Shown piece by piece: positions 16,524-26,260 of a stretch of DNA of 64,000 bases. Source of the stretch: Myxococcota bacterium (GTDB lineage: Bacteria > Myxococcota_A > UBA796 > SXON01); contig JAZKFH010000003.1 of assembly GCA_040386535.1 (NCBI GenBank), positions 1-64,000 on the forward strand. Reading direction: 5' to 3'. The notes under the pieces are model-generated. The model was given only the letters and a program-made list of their open reading frames with translations, searched no databases and was not told the origin of the DNA. Each line of letters starts with the position of its first letter. The stretch's first letter is position 1. Position numbers and translations under genes: made by a program.

Positions 16524-17293
16524 TTGTCCACCACGACGACGACGTTGCCCTGCAGGAGGAATGGCGCGTCGGCGGCGGCCTGGGCGACACGGGCGGCATC
16601 GGTGGCGTCGAGGACGAGATCGGTGGAGGCGCTCACGCTCGCGGCGCGCACGAAGAGCGGCTGCACTCCGGCGCGTTTGCCCGCGGCGATGTCGGCGGGA
16701 TCGGTGACGTAGACGACCGGGGTCCGCTGGGAGGCCGCGAGGACCGTCATCGTGGCGACGCTGTACAAGGTGTCCCCCGACGGGCCCTGGAGCCGCGGCG
16801 ACATTGCCGGCGACACCTCGAGGCCGCGTGCGTCGATCACGAGCCCGCTCGTGGGCGCGGTGGCGGGCGTGGTGCGGTCCTTTCCTTTCGCGAGGCTCAC
16901 GAGGGCCGGGCGAAGCCAGGACTGGAGCGGCAGCGCCCCCTCCATCTCCACCCCGCCGGACATGTAGTAGCGGACCTCGTAGACCTCCCAGAGCATCAGG
17001 TTGTCGTCGATCCGATCGGCGACGGCGTCCTTCGCGTCGAGCAGATCGGCCGCCGTCTGGTCGGCGGAGATGCGCACCTTGCGGGCCATCGCGAGCATGC
17101 GCGGGCCGAGGCGCTGGCGCGCGTCTCCTTCGAGGGTCTCCAGGTTGACCAGCACGCCGCTCGACGGAACCCCCTCCGCCGCGGCGAGCAGGCGCAGCGA
17201 CGTCCAGTCGATGCGGCCGTCGGAGAGCTCCTCCATGACGGGGTCGAAGGCCCAGGCCATGCCGGGGAGGAGCGCGATCAGGAGCGCCATCAC
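16520..17293 (-). CDS. Secreted hypothetical protein
   Basis: Signal peptide (AWA); GLVIDARGL..SPAMSPRL motif; translationally coupled to dnaE and the AI-2E gene. Confidence 0.8.
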   Translation of the reverse strand: MMALLIALLPGMAWAFDPVMEELSDGRIDWTSLRLLAAAEGVPSSGVLVNLETLEGDARQRLGPRMLAMARKVRISADQTAADLLDAKDAVADRIDDNLMLWEVYEVRYYMSGGVEMEGALPLQSWLRPALVSLAKGKDRTTPATAPTSGLVIDARGLEVSPAMSPRLQGPSGDTLYSVATMTVLAASQRTPVVYVTDPADIAAGKRAGVQPLFVRAASVSASTDLVLDATDAARVAQAAADAPFLLQGNVVVVVDK

Positions 17294-20200
17294 GAGAGCC
17301 TCAACGCGTCGGCGCGGCCGAAAAGGGCGCGGAGGCCCTCGACGAGGCGGGGCGTGGCCGCGACGCGGAGCCCCTCCCCCGCGCCGATCCGCGTCTTGAA
17401 CAGCCCGGGCTCCTCGAGCCAGATCTTGAGCGACGCGACGCCCCGGTTGGCCTCCAACAACTCCTGGAGTTTCGCGAGCCTGGGGTCCTCCAGCTCATGT
17501 GTCTGGATCGAGAGCTCCACCAGCCCTGTGGACCGCTCGCGCAGGTCCTCCAGCCACTCGGCGGTGTCCGCGAGCACCTTCGTCTCGTCCGCCTTCTGCT
17601 CGACAGTGCCGCGCAGGAGCACAGGGCGCCCCGCCTCCAGCACCGCCTGCGCCTTGGGGAGCGCCTTGGGGAAGAACAGGCATTCGACGCTGCCGTTCAT
17701 GTCCTCGAGCGTGACGAAGGCCATCTTGTCTCCCTTCTGCGTGCGAATGACGCGCATCGCGGAGACGATCCCCGCCACCGCCACCTTGGACTTGTCGTCG
17801 ATGCGACGCAAGCCGTCGATGGGCGCCGAGGCGAAACGCGCGACCTCCTCCGCGAACGCCTCGATGGGGTGGCCGGTGAGGAAGAGCCCGAGGGTCTCCT
17901 TCTCGAACTTCATGCGCTCGCCGATGGCCCACTCGGCCACCTTCGGGAGCTTGAACGAGGGCGCCTTCATCGCGCCGCCGAACAGGTTGACCTGTCCCGA
18001 CGCCTTCTCCGCCTGCGCGTGCTGGGCGGCCGCCATCGCGTCTTCCAGCGCCGCCATCAGCCGGGCGCGCGGATCCCCGAGCGAGTCGAAGGCGCCACAC
18101 TTGATGAAGCTCTCCAACACGCGGCGATTGACGCGGCGATAATCGAGACGGTTCAGGCAGTCCATGAAGTCCTTGAACCGCCCGCCGGCCTCGACCCGCG
18201 CCTCGACGACAGAGGCCACGGCGCTCTCGCCGACCCCCTTCACCGCGTGGAGCCCGTACCGGATCGCCTTGCGGTCGTCGCGGGGCACGTCGAACGGGCC
18301 CGCCGACGCGTTGATGTCGGGCGGGAGGATCTTCATGCCGGCCCGCCGGCAATCGCCCACGTAGACGAGGATCTTGTCGGAGTCCCCCGCGTCGATCGAC
18401 ATCAACGCGGCCATGTACTCGGCGCGGTGGTGCGCCTTGAGCCAGCCGGTCTGGTAGGCCACGTACCCGTAGGCCGCGGAGTGGCTCTTGTTGAAGCCGT
18501 ACTCGGCGAACTTCGCCACGAGATCGAACAGGTCGGAGACCTTCTGCTGGTCGAACCCCTTGGCGACGGCGCCGGTCATGAAGCGCGTCTTCTGACGCTG
18601 CATCTCCGCGGCGTCCTTCTTGCCCATGGCGCGGCGGAGCAGGTCGGCCTCGCCCAGCGAGTAGCCCGCCAGGACCTGGGCGATCTGCATCACCTGTTCC
18701 TGGTAGACGATGGTGCCGTAGGTGCTCTGGAGGACGGGCTTGAGCTCCTCGAAGGGGTACTCGACCTGCTTGCGGCCGTGTTTGCGGTCGATGAAGTCGT
18801 CGACCATGCCCGAGGAGAGCGGGCCCGGGCGGAAGAGCGCGACGAGCGCGATGAGATCGTCGAGGCAGGAGGGGCGCAAGCGCGTGAGCAGGTCCCGCAT
18901 GCCGGAGGACTCGACCTGGAACACGCCCAGGCCGTCGCCCTTCTGGAACAACTTCCAGCTGTCGAGATCGGTGTCGTCGATCTCCGACATGTCGATGCGC
19001 TCGCCCGTGTTGCGCTCGATCATCGCGACCGCGTCGCGGATCTGGTCGAGCGTCTTGAGGCCGAGGAAGTCGAACTTGATGAGGCCGATGCTCTCGGCCG
19101 ACTTCATGTCGTACTGGACGACGGGGCCGCCCTCGGGGCCGTCGCGGTAGAGCGGCGCGAGCTCGACGAGCGGACGATCGGCGACGACGACGCCGGCCGC
19201 GTGCACGCCGACCTGCCGGGCGAGCCCCTCGATCCGCGTCGCGAGCGCGTAGACGCGGCGCGCCTTCGGATCACTCGCGAGAAGGGCGACGATCTTGGGC
19301 TCCTGCGTCAGCGCGTCGGCGAGCGTGATGTTGAGCACGTTGGGGACGAGCTTCGAGAGGCGATCGGCCTCCTGGAATGACAGATCGCACACGCGCGCGG
19401 CGTCGCGGAGCGCGGCCTTGGCCTGGAGCTTCCCGTAGGTGATGATCTGGCTCACCAGCGGCGGCGTGTACTTCTGCCGGACGTGCTCGATGACCTCCTC
19501 GCGGCGGTCCTGCGCGAAGTCGACGTCGATGTCGGGCATCGAGATGCGCTCGGGGTTGAGGAACCGCTCGAAGAGCAGCTCGAACCGCACCGGGTCGATG
19601 TCGGTGATGCGCATGGCGTAGGCGACGAGCGAGCCGGCGGCGGATCCGCGGCCGGGACCCACGGGAATCGCGCGATCCTTCGCCCAGTTGATGAACTCCG
19701 CGACGATCAGCAGGTAGGCGGCGAAGCCCATCTTGATGATCATCTTGAGCTCGAACTCGAGGCGCTCGAAGTACGGCGGGTGCTTCTCCTCGGGGATCCG
19801 CGTGAGCCGGAGCTTGAGACCCTGCCGCGCGTACCAGCAGTAGTAGCCGTTGAGGCTGCCCGCGGTCTCGGGGCGCGGCGGCACCGAGTCCAGCGGCATC
19901 CCGAAGTCGATCGGTGGTGGAAACGCCTGGTAGAAGAACGCCCAGTTGGCGTCCGTGTCGGCGTCGGGCGCGGGATCCGGCGGGGTGGACGCCGGGAAGT
20001 AGTAGGTGCTCGTGTTGAACTTGAAGTGTCCGCGGTGCGCGATCTCGTGGGCGAGATCGAGCGCCGGGCCGTCGTCCGGGAAGAGAGCGCGCATCTCCTC
20101 TTCGGACTTCAGGTAGAGCTGGTCGGTCTGGGCGCGAGGGCGCTTCGCGTCGTTGAGCGAGGCGCCCATCGCGATGCTGTTGAGGAGATCGAGGCTGACC

Positions 20201-20832
20201 GCGTCGCGGGGCTTGAGGTAACGAACGTCGTTCGCGACGACCGTGCGGAGCCCGTGCGCCGCGGCGACCCGACGCACCTCGACGTTGTGGTCGCCCTGCC
20301 AGTCGAGCCCCTGGTCCATCAGCTCGCAGAACAGGCGATCGGCGCCGAAGATCTCCGCGAGGGGGACGATGCGCCCGTCGTTCTCGGCGCCAACGCTCAC
20401 GGACGGGCGCCGGATGACCCCGCTCTCGCCGGCGGTCAAGCACATCAGGCCCTGGTTGTGCTCCCGGAGCAGCGCGAGGTCGATGCGCGGACGGTAGTGG
20501 ATGCCGTCGAAGATCGCGCGGGTGATGAGCTTGCAGAGGTTCTTGTAGCCGGCGTCGTCCTCGACCAGGAGCACGACCTGGTGCGCGCCGGCGAGCCCCT
20601 CCCGAGATGCGATCCCGCGCGGATCGACCCACATCTCCGCGCCGTAGATGGGGTGAATGCCGGCGTCCTTGCACGCCTTGTAGAAGGTCACGGCCCCGTA
20701 GAGGTTGCACGTGTCCGTGAGCGCGAGCGCGTCCATCCCCAGGCCCTTGGCGGCCTTGGCGAGATCCTTCGGCGAGGGCACGCCGTTGAGGAGCGTGAAC
20801 TGGGAGTGGACGTGGAGGTGGGCGAACGCCAT
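17290..20832 (-). CDS. dnaE: DNA polymerase III alpha subunit
   Basis: HLHVHSQF, GPGRGSAAGS, FERFLNPER, MPDIDVDF, KFDFLGL, YGFNKSH; start at MAFAHLHVH with AGGAGG RBS. Confidence 0.98.
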   Translation of the reverse strand: MAFAHLHVHSQFTLLNGVPSPKDLAKAAKGLGMDALALTDTCNLYGAVTFYKACKDAGIHPIYGAEMWVDPRGIASREGLAGAHQVVLLVEDDAGYKNLCKLITRAIFDGIHYRPRIDLALLREHNQGLMCLTAGESGVIRRPSVSVGAENDGRIVPLAEIFGADRLFCELMDQGLDWQGDHNVEVRRVAAAHGLRTVVANDVRYLKPRDAVSLDLLNSIAMGASLNDAKRPRAQTDQLYLKSEEEMRALFPDDGPALDLAHEIAHRGHFKFNTSTYYFPASTPPDPAPDADTDANWAFFYQAFPPPIDFGMPLDSVPPRPETAGSLNGYYCWYARQGLKLRLTRIPEEKHPPYFERLEFELKMIIKMGFAAYLLIVAEFINWAKDRAIPVGPGRGSAAGSLVAYAMRITDIDPVRFELLFERFLNPERISMPDIDVDFAQDRREEVIEHVRQKYTPPLVSQIITYGKLQAKAALRDAARVCDLSFQEADRLSKLVPNVLNITLADALTQEPKIVALLASDPKARRVYALATRIEGLARQVGVHAAGVVVADRPLVELAPLYRDGPEGGPVVQYDMKSAESIGLIKFDFLGLKTLDQIRDAVAMIERNTGERIDMSEIDDTDLDSWKLFQKGDGLGVFQVESSGMRDLLTRLRPSCLDDLIALVALFRPGPLSSGMVDDFIDRKHGRKQVEYPFEELKPVLQSTYGTIVYQEQVMQIAQVLAGYSLGEADLLRRAMGKKDAAEMQRQKTRFMTGAVAKGFDQQKVSDLFDLVAKFAEYGFNKSHSAAYGYVAYQTGWLKAHHRAEYMAALMSIDAGDSDKILVYVGDCRRAGMKILPPDINASAGPFDVPRDDRKAIRYGLHAVKGVGESAVASVVEARVEAGGRFKDFMDCLNRLDYRRVNRRVLESFIKCGAFDSLGDPRARLMAALEDAMAAAQHAQAEKASGQVNLFGGAMKAPSFKLPKVAEWAIGERMKFEKETLGLFLTGHPIEAFAEEVARFASAPIDGLRRIDDKSKVAVAGIVSAMRVIRTQKGDKMAFVTLEDMNGSVECLFFPKALPKAQAVLEAGRPVLLRGTVEQKADETKVLADTAEWLEDLRERSTGLVELSIQTHELEDPRLAKLQELLEANRGVASLKIWLEEPGLFKTRIGAGEGLRVAATPRLVEGLRALFGRADALRLS

Positions 20833-20894
20833 GGCGGTCCTCCTATCCCGACGGGTCGGGGGCGGGCGCCGGGCGGATGGGGCGCGTGCCCGGA

Positions 20895-20995
20895 CCCACC
20901 GAGCCGGCGACGAGAACCGCAGCCGGGGCCCCCGCTGGTCCCCCCCAAAGGGGGCCCCACCAGCGGACCCGGCTGCACGTCGCCGGCTCGGTGGG
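20895..20995. repeat. Long imperfect hairpin (~100 nt) upstream of dnaE
   Basis: CCCACCGAGCCGGCGACG/CGTCGCCGGCTCGGTGGG, GCAGCCGGG/CCCGGCTGC, CCGCTGGT/ACCAGCGG and CCCCC-AAA-GGGGG nested pairs. Confidence 0.85.
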
Positions 20996-21074
20996 CCGTG
21001 GGGCCGTTGCCTCGATCCGCCCGCACTGACGCGCTCGCTCCTCCGCGGTCGTCGGGATGGCATGGGACCGCATG

Positions 21075-21120
21075 AGAGGGAGAGGGTGAGGGTGAGGGTG
21101 AGAGCGAGGGTGAGGGGGAG
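21075..21120. repeat. Degenerate (GAGGGT)n hexamer microsatellite
   Basis: GAGAGG GAGAGG GTGAGG GTGAGG GTGAGA GCGAGG GTGAGG, intergenic. Confidence 0.7.
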
Positions 21121-21157
21121 CGGCGGGAAGCGCGGGCCGGGGGTACCTTGCGACCGC

Positions 21158-21829
21158 ATGAACCCCTACCTGCCCTTCCTCGTTGTCGGTGGTGGTGAGC
21201 TCTGGCTCGCTACGCTGGTCCCCGCGTGGGCGGCGTGGGCGTTCGTGTGGGCGGGGGTCGCGACGCTTTGGGTGAGCCTTGCGTACTACCTGGGCCGGCC
21301 GGGGATGCTCGGGAAGGAGGCGCGGCCGACGTTCGCGTTCTGGGCGCTCCTGCCGTACTTCCTGACGGCCAGAGGCGCCGCGCGCACGGGCGTCCGGACG
21401 ATGCGGGAGTGGAAGGTGGAGCTGGTGCCGGGGCTCTGGGTGGGCGGATGGCCGCGGGATGGCGCGCCGGAGTACGCGCAGCTCGACCTCACCGCGGAGC
21501 TGCCGCGGCGGGGTGAGGCGCTGCGGTACCGCTGCATCCCGATGTTGGACGGCGCCCCCGCCGACGTGAACGTGTGGAAAGAGGCGGTGGCACAGACCGT
21601 AGCGTGGCGGGCCGAAGGGCTGCCGGTGCTCGTGCATTGTGCCTACGGGCATGGTCGTAGCGTGGCCGTGTGTATCGGCGTCATGATGGCAGAGGGGCTC
21701 GCGCCCACGTGGGAAGCGGCGCACCAGATCGTGCTCGCGGTGCGCCCCCGGGCGGTGATGACGGAGGCGCAGCGCGCCATGGTGAAGGCCGCCGTGGCGA
21801 CGCTCGCGCCGCCACGCGCGAGCGCCTGA
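21158..21829 (+). CDS. Membrane-anchored dual-specificity/PTP-family phosphatase
   Basis: N-terminal TM helices; VLVHCAYGHGRS CX5R motif. Confidence 0.88.
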   Translation: MNPYLPFLVVGGGELWLATLVPAWAAWAFVWAGVATLWVSLAYYLGRPGMLGKEARPTFAFWALLPYFLTARGAARTGVRTMREWKVELVPGLWVGGWPRDGAPEYAQLDLTAELPRRGEALRYRCIPMLDGAPADVNVWKEAVAQTVAWRAEGLPVLVHCAYGHGRSVAVCIGVMMAEGLAPTWEAAHQIVLAVRPRAVMTEAQRAMVKAAVATLAPPRASA

Positions 21830-21881
21830 GATCCGGAGCGTTGGGCGGGCGAACGCCCCGCAACCGGCTACGTTCGAGCCC

Positions 21882-22754
21882 ATGCTCTTCCTGCTTCTCG
21901 CCTGCACCAGCCCCGACGACGCCCCCATCACCGACGACACGGCCGGGGAAGAAGTGGTCGACCCCAACGCCTACCTGAAGGGGTCGGCGCCCCTCGCCAC
22001 GGTGTCGGGAGGGGCGTGCCCCACGATCGAGGACGGCGGCGATGTCGAGCTCGTCTCCAACGGCAAGGACCGCACGGTCAAGGTGCTCCTCCCCGAGGGC
22101 GGGACCGCCGGCAAGCCCGTGGTCTTCGTGTGGTACCCGCTCGGCGGCACCGCCAGCTACATGATCAACGCGTTGAGCCTCCGCGAGTTTGCCGACACGG
22201 TCGACGCCGTGGTGGTCGTCCCCAGCGCGACGGGCGAGGTGTTGTTCGAGTGGAACTTCACCTCCGCGGTCGAAGGGAACGACGATCTCGTCCTGTTCGA
22301 CGACATGCGCACGTGCCTGTACGAGCAGCTCGACATCGATCTCGGGCGCGTCTCGGCGATGGGCTTCTCCGCCGGCGCGTTGTGGACGAGCTACCTCGCC
22401 GTTCACCGCGGGGACACGCTCTCGACCATCCTGCCCTTCTCCGGCGGCACCGATCCCGTCGTAGCGTACGAGGCGCCCGCGGGCCCCTTCCCCGCGTTCC
22501 TGCCCTTCGGCGGCGACAGTGACCTCTACGGCGGCGGCGTGGTCGACTTCCAGGAGACGACGACCAACTTCGCGACCAGCCTCAAGGCGGACGGCCACTT
22601 CGTCGTCACGTGCAACCACGAGGGCGGCCACACGATCCCCCCCGAGGGGCGCGACATGATGGACGCCTGGCTCACCGCCCACACGTACGGCCAGGCCTCG
22701 CCGTTCGCGAACGGCGATCTGTCGGTGTTCCCCGACTACTGTTCGGTGTTCTGA
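21882..22754 (+). CDS. Alpha/beta hydrolase lipoprotein (esterase-like)
   Basis: LLLAC lipobox; GFSAG nucleophile elbow; D and GGH catalytic residues. Confidence 0.85.
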   Translation: MLFLLLACTSPDDAPITDDTAGEEVVDPNAYLKGSAPLATVSGGACPTIEDGGDVELVSNGKDRTVKVLLPEGGTAGKPVVFVWYPLGGTASYMINALSLREFADTVDAVVVVPSATGEVLFEWNFTSAVEGNDDLVLFDDMRTCLYEQLDIDLGRVSAMGFSAGALWTSYLAVHRGDTLSTILPFSGGTDPVVAYEAPAGPFPAFLPFGGDSDLYGGGVVDFQETTTNFATSLKADGHFVVTCNHEGGHTIPPEGRDMMDAWLTAHTYGQASPFANGDLSVFPDYCSVF

Positions 22755-22760
22755 TCCGCC

Positions 22761-24656
22761 GTGAGTGACGATGACGGCGGCCTGCGGCGTCGCCTCCTCG
22801 ACGGGGGGCTGGTCCTGTTCAGCGCCCCGTTCGTCGCGGCCGCGCTGATCGTCCTCACCTTCTACGTCCTCGGCAACGGCGTGAACGACGGGGCGCTCGC
22901 GCTCGCCACGCTGCCCGTACTGTTGCTGGCGGGTCCGTACCTGCTGGCGAACCCGCAGCATCAGCGGCGTGGCGCCATCCTGGTGGCGAGCCTCCTCCTC
23001 CTCGACCTCACCTACGCCACCTGGCGCATCACCCGCGTGGTCCCCGACGACACGCTCTCGCTCTGCGTGGACGGCGCGTGCGGCCAGACTGCGCCCTGGC
23101 TGGCCCGCCTCGTGCGGGAGGACGAGACCGCCTTCGCCGGCATGGCGCTCTCCGGCCCGCTCGGGCTCCTGTCCGACGAGGAGGCGCCGATCATCGAGAG
23201 CTCGACGCGGCGTGTGTACGCCGAGCTCGACACCCTCCGGGGCGGGCGCCCGGGGCCGAACGGCGTGGCGCTCTCCTCCGACGCGGAGCACGTCACCGCG
23301 CTCGTCTCCCTGCCGCCCGGCGAGGGCCCGGTGCCCGCGATCATCGCGCTGCACGGCTTCGGCGGGCTCCTCACGCCCTACGTCTCGACGCTCGCGCAAT
23401 CGTCCCTCGGGGAGAAGTACGCCATCGTCGCGCCCGCGCTCGACATGAAGGGCTACTGGTGGGAGCCGCACGGCCGCGACGTCCTCGCGCGCACGCTCGC
23501 CACCCTCCCCGCGCGCATCGACCGGAGCCAGCTGTGGCTGGTCGGCATCTCCAACGGCGCCATCGGGGCCCACCACCTCGCCGCCGATCCCGAGCTCGGA
23601 CCCCGCTTCCGCGGCACGGTCCTCCTCGTCGGCGCGGGGTTCGACGCGAGCGACGTCGCCACCGGCCCCCTGCTCTTCATCCCGGGCGTGACCGACGTGC
23701 GCTTCCCCCTCGACTACGTGGAGGCCTCGGCCGAGGCGATGGTGGAGGCGGGCGTGGACGTGACGTGGAGCCCCGTCGAGGGCGACCACTTCATCCTGTT
23801 CACGCACTCGGACGAGGTGACGGAGCGCATGGCGCGCTGGTTGGAGCGGGCGCCGTCCGCGATCGTCGTGAACCCGGCCGACCCCTGGACTCCCCTCCTC
23901 CCCGGCCTCGAGTTCGCCGAATTCGATCTCCCCGTCCCCTCCTTCGTCGGGGACTCCGTCGCCCGCGTTGCCCGTGTCGACCCCGCGGTGCTCGATCTCG
24001 GCGTCCGTATGGCGTCGGCGGAGGGCGGGCGCCCGCGACCGGTCCCCGAGTGGATGGACCGCGCGGACGCCGTGGCGGCCATCAACCCCTCCATGTTCCG
24101 GGAGGACTACGTCTCCTCCGTGGGCCTCCTCACCACCGCCACCCACGTCAACTCCGACCGGTGGGCGGCCCAGCAGAACTCGCTCCTCGCCTTCGATCCG
24201 GTGTCCGCGGCCGACCGACCGGCGCACCTCTACAGCGTCGGCTGCGAGCCCCGGGCCGACGCGGAGGCCCGCTACCGCACCCTCGTCCAGTCCATCCGCC
24301 TGCTCGGGTGCGCGGGCGAGAACCTGTGGAGCGATCAGCCCAAGGAGTGGTCCGCGGCGCTGGTGGGGCAGGACCATGCGGGCCGCGTGCTGCTGATCCA
24401 CGTGCGCTCGCCGTACCGGATGCACGCGCTGGTGGACCAACTCAAGGCGCTTCCGCTCGACCTGCGCGCCCTCCACTACGGAGAGGGCGGCCCCGAGGCG
24501 TTCCTGGCGATCCGCACGGCCGCGCTCACGCAGACCTGGACCGGGAGCTGGGAGACCGGCTTCAACGAGAACGACGACGCCACGACCACCGGCGACCTGC
24601 CGAACGTGCTCGTCGTCACCCGCCCTACGGCTGCAGGTACGGCACCGTCACCGTGA
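22761..24656 (+). CDS. Membrane alpha/beta hydrolase fused to a phosphodiester glycosidase (NAGPA-like) domain
   Basis: Three N-terminal TMs; LHGFGG, GISNG and GDH; C-terminal AAINPSMF, LVGQD..GRVLLIH and YGEGG. Confidence 0.7.
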   Translation: MSDDDGGLRRRLLDGGLVLFSAPFVAAALIVLTFYVLGNGVNDGALALATLPVLLLAGPYLLANPQHQRRGAILVASLLLLDLTYATWRITRVVPDDTLSLCVDGACGQTAPWLARLVREDETAFAGMALSGPLGLLSDEEAPIIESSTRRVYAELDTLRGGRPGPNGVALSSDAEHVTALVSLPPGEGPVPAIIALHGFGGLLTPYVSTLAQSSLGEKYAIVAPALDMKGYWWEPHGRDVLARTLATLPARIDRSQLWLVGISNGAIGAHHLAADPELGPRFRGTVLLVGAGFDASDVATGPLLFIPGVTDVRFPLDYVEASAEAMVEAGVDVTWSPVEGDHFILFTHSDEVTERMARWLERAPSAIVVNPADPWTPLLPGLEFAEFDLPVPSFVGDSVARVARVDPAVLDLGVRMASAEGGRPRPVPEWMDRADAVAAINPSMFREDYVSSVGLLTTATHVNSDRWAAQQNSLLAFDPVSAADRPAHLYSVGCEPRADAEARYRTLVQSIRLLGCAGENLWSDQPKEWSAALVGQDHAGRVLLIHVRSPYRMHALVDQLKALPLDLRALHYGEGGPEAFLAIRTAALTQTWTGSWETGFNENDDATTTGDLPNVLVVTRPTAAGTAPSP

Positions 24657-25332
24657 AGCCGAAGGCGTCGTGTTTGCAGTCGCGCTCGACATCGTCGTCG
24701 CCGGTGGTGATGAACGAGAAGTCGTAGCGGGCATCCGCGATGGCGGACAAGGAGAGCTCGGCGACCAGCTCCTCGTCGTACCGCATGGTGATCGGGCCGG
24801 GGGTCTCGGTGACGGGGATGTCGCAGTCGGCCGAGCCGCCGGTCTCCCCCAGACAGTAGCTGTCGTAGCCGTCCCCGACCGCGTGGTAGTCGAAGCCGAC
24901 GACGCGGCTCCAGTCCCAGGTGTGCAGGTCGCCGTCGGCCACGAGATCGTTCACCGCGGGCGCGAAGCTCGAGGAGAGCACGATGTCGTTGAAGGTGAAG
25001 AAGAAGTGGTCGTCGTAGACCATCACCTGGACCTCGTCGGGGACGAGGCCGGAGAAATCGAACGCCATGTCGCAGATGACCGCGTCTTCGGGCAGCTCCA
25101 CGCTCTCCACCTGCTCCACGCGCGCGGTCAGCAGGCCGTCGGCAGGGCCCTGGTTGTCGCCCTCCTCCCAGGGGCACGCGCCCGTCTGAGCGGGGAACAA
25201 CACGTCGAGGGTGATCTCCTCGGGCTCGTACTTCTCGCAGACATCCGCGATGTCGTCGGGCGTCTGCAGGGCGCCGAGGTCGATCTTCTGGTCGGTGCAC
25301 GCGACCAGGACGAACAGAAGGGTGGGGCTCAT
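24625..25332 (-). CDS. Acidic Cys-containing hypothetical lipoprotein
   Basis: MSPTLLFVLVAC lipobox. Confidence 0.82.
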   Translation of the reverse strand: MSPTLLFVLVACTDQKIDLGALQTPDDIADVCEKYEPEEITLDVLFPAQTGACPWEEGDNQGPADGLLTARVEQVESVELPEDAVICDMAFDFSGLVPDEVQVMVYDDHFFFTFNDIVLSSSFAPAVNDLVADGDLHTWDWSRVVGFDYHAVGDGYDSYCLGETGGSADCDIPVTETPGPITMRYDEELVAELSLSAIADARYDFSFITTGDDDVERDCKHDAFGFTVTVPYLQP

Positions 25333-25432
25333 GGCCGCGATTCTACATCCTGGGGGCGCTCGGCGGGACGCTCGGCGCGCTACAATCGGCACGCGGGGTC
25401 CGCCCCGTGGGGCCTTCGTCTGGAGCATTCGC

Positions 25433-26260
25433 CTGCGTACCGCCCATGTCGCCGCGCTCTTCGGAGCCCTCTGCGCCCTCGGCTCCCCCTCCACGGCGCT
25501 GGCCACGGCGCCGGCGGAGTGTGAACCCGTGAGCGGCGAACGCCTTCGCCTGCTCGTGGACGACGCGGAGGCGGCCTGGACGCGCCTCGACACCGCGGCG
25601 TTCACCGCCGGGGCCGACACACTCGCGGCCGCGTTCCCCTGCCTCGCGGAGGCGACCGACCGCGCCCTGGTCGCGCGCTATCACCGCCTTCAGGGCCTGC
25701 GCGCCTTCGTGTTGCGCGACAGCACCCGCGCACAGGCCGCGTTCGCGGCCACGCGCCGCATCGAGCCCGCGGCGAAGCTGCCCACCGCCCTCGCGCCGGA
25801 GGGCCATCCGCTCCAGGCCGAGTTCGACGCGCTCTCGCTCTCCAGCGTGATGATCGAGCGGGTGCCGGAGGCGGCGGACGGCACGCTCAGCTTCGACGCG
25901 ACCGTCGGGCGGGAACGGCCGCAGAACCTCCCCACCATCTTCCAGTGGCGGGACGCCGAGGGCGCGGTCCGCGCGACAGCCTACGTCTGGCCGGACGAGC
26001 CGCTGCCGGCCTACCCCGTGCACGCGCCCCGGAACGTGCGCCGGGGCCTCCTCATCGGCGCGGCCGCGGGCGGCGTCGTGGCCGCAGGGCTGGCGGTGAC
26101 GAGCTTCCTCTCCGAGGATGCGTACGCGAATGCCGAGACCTGTGCCGACGCCGGTCGCCTGTACACCCTGACCAACGTCAGCAGCATGAGCGCGCTCGGG
26201 CTCGCGGTCCTCGCCGGTGGTACGACCGTGGTGGCCCTCACCGTGCCGTTCGGAGAATAG
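25433..26260 (+). CDS. Secreted or membrane hypothetical protein with C-terminal TM helices
   Basis: Part of ORF 25211..26260; likely CTG start at 25433 after GGAG (start uncertain); signal peptide; abuts kinase gene. Confidence 0.7.
   Translation: MRTAHVAALFGALCALGSPSTALATAPAECEPVSGERLRLLVDDAEAAWTRLDTAAFTAGADTLAAAFPCLAEATDRALVARYHRLQGLRAFVLRDSTRAQAAFAATRRIEPAAKLPTALAPEGHPLQAEFDALSLSSVMIERVPEAADGTLSFDATVGRERPQNLPTIFQWRDAEGAVRATAYVWPDEPLPAYPVHAPRNVRRGLLIGAAAGGVVAAGLAVTSFLSEDAYANAETCADAGRLYTLTNVSSMSALGLAVLAGGTTVVALTVPFGE

Noticed and set aside
14722..16599. 625-aa LipB fusion in the ORF track
   Set aside because: The upstream part is an off-frame shadow of the AI-2E gene; LipB starts at 15375
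20833..21159. 109-aa N-terminal extension of DnaE
   Set aside because: Translates a hairpin and microsatellite; RBS and conserved start are at 20832
21681..24476. 931-aa minus-strand ORF and similar long antisense ORFs (7405..9294, 17497..19380, 51619..53547, 56028..58160)
   Set aside because: Stop-poor shadow frames of real high-GC genes with no recognisable motifs
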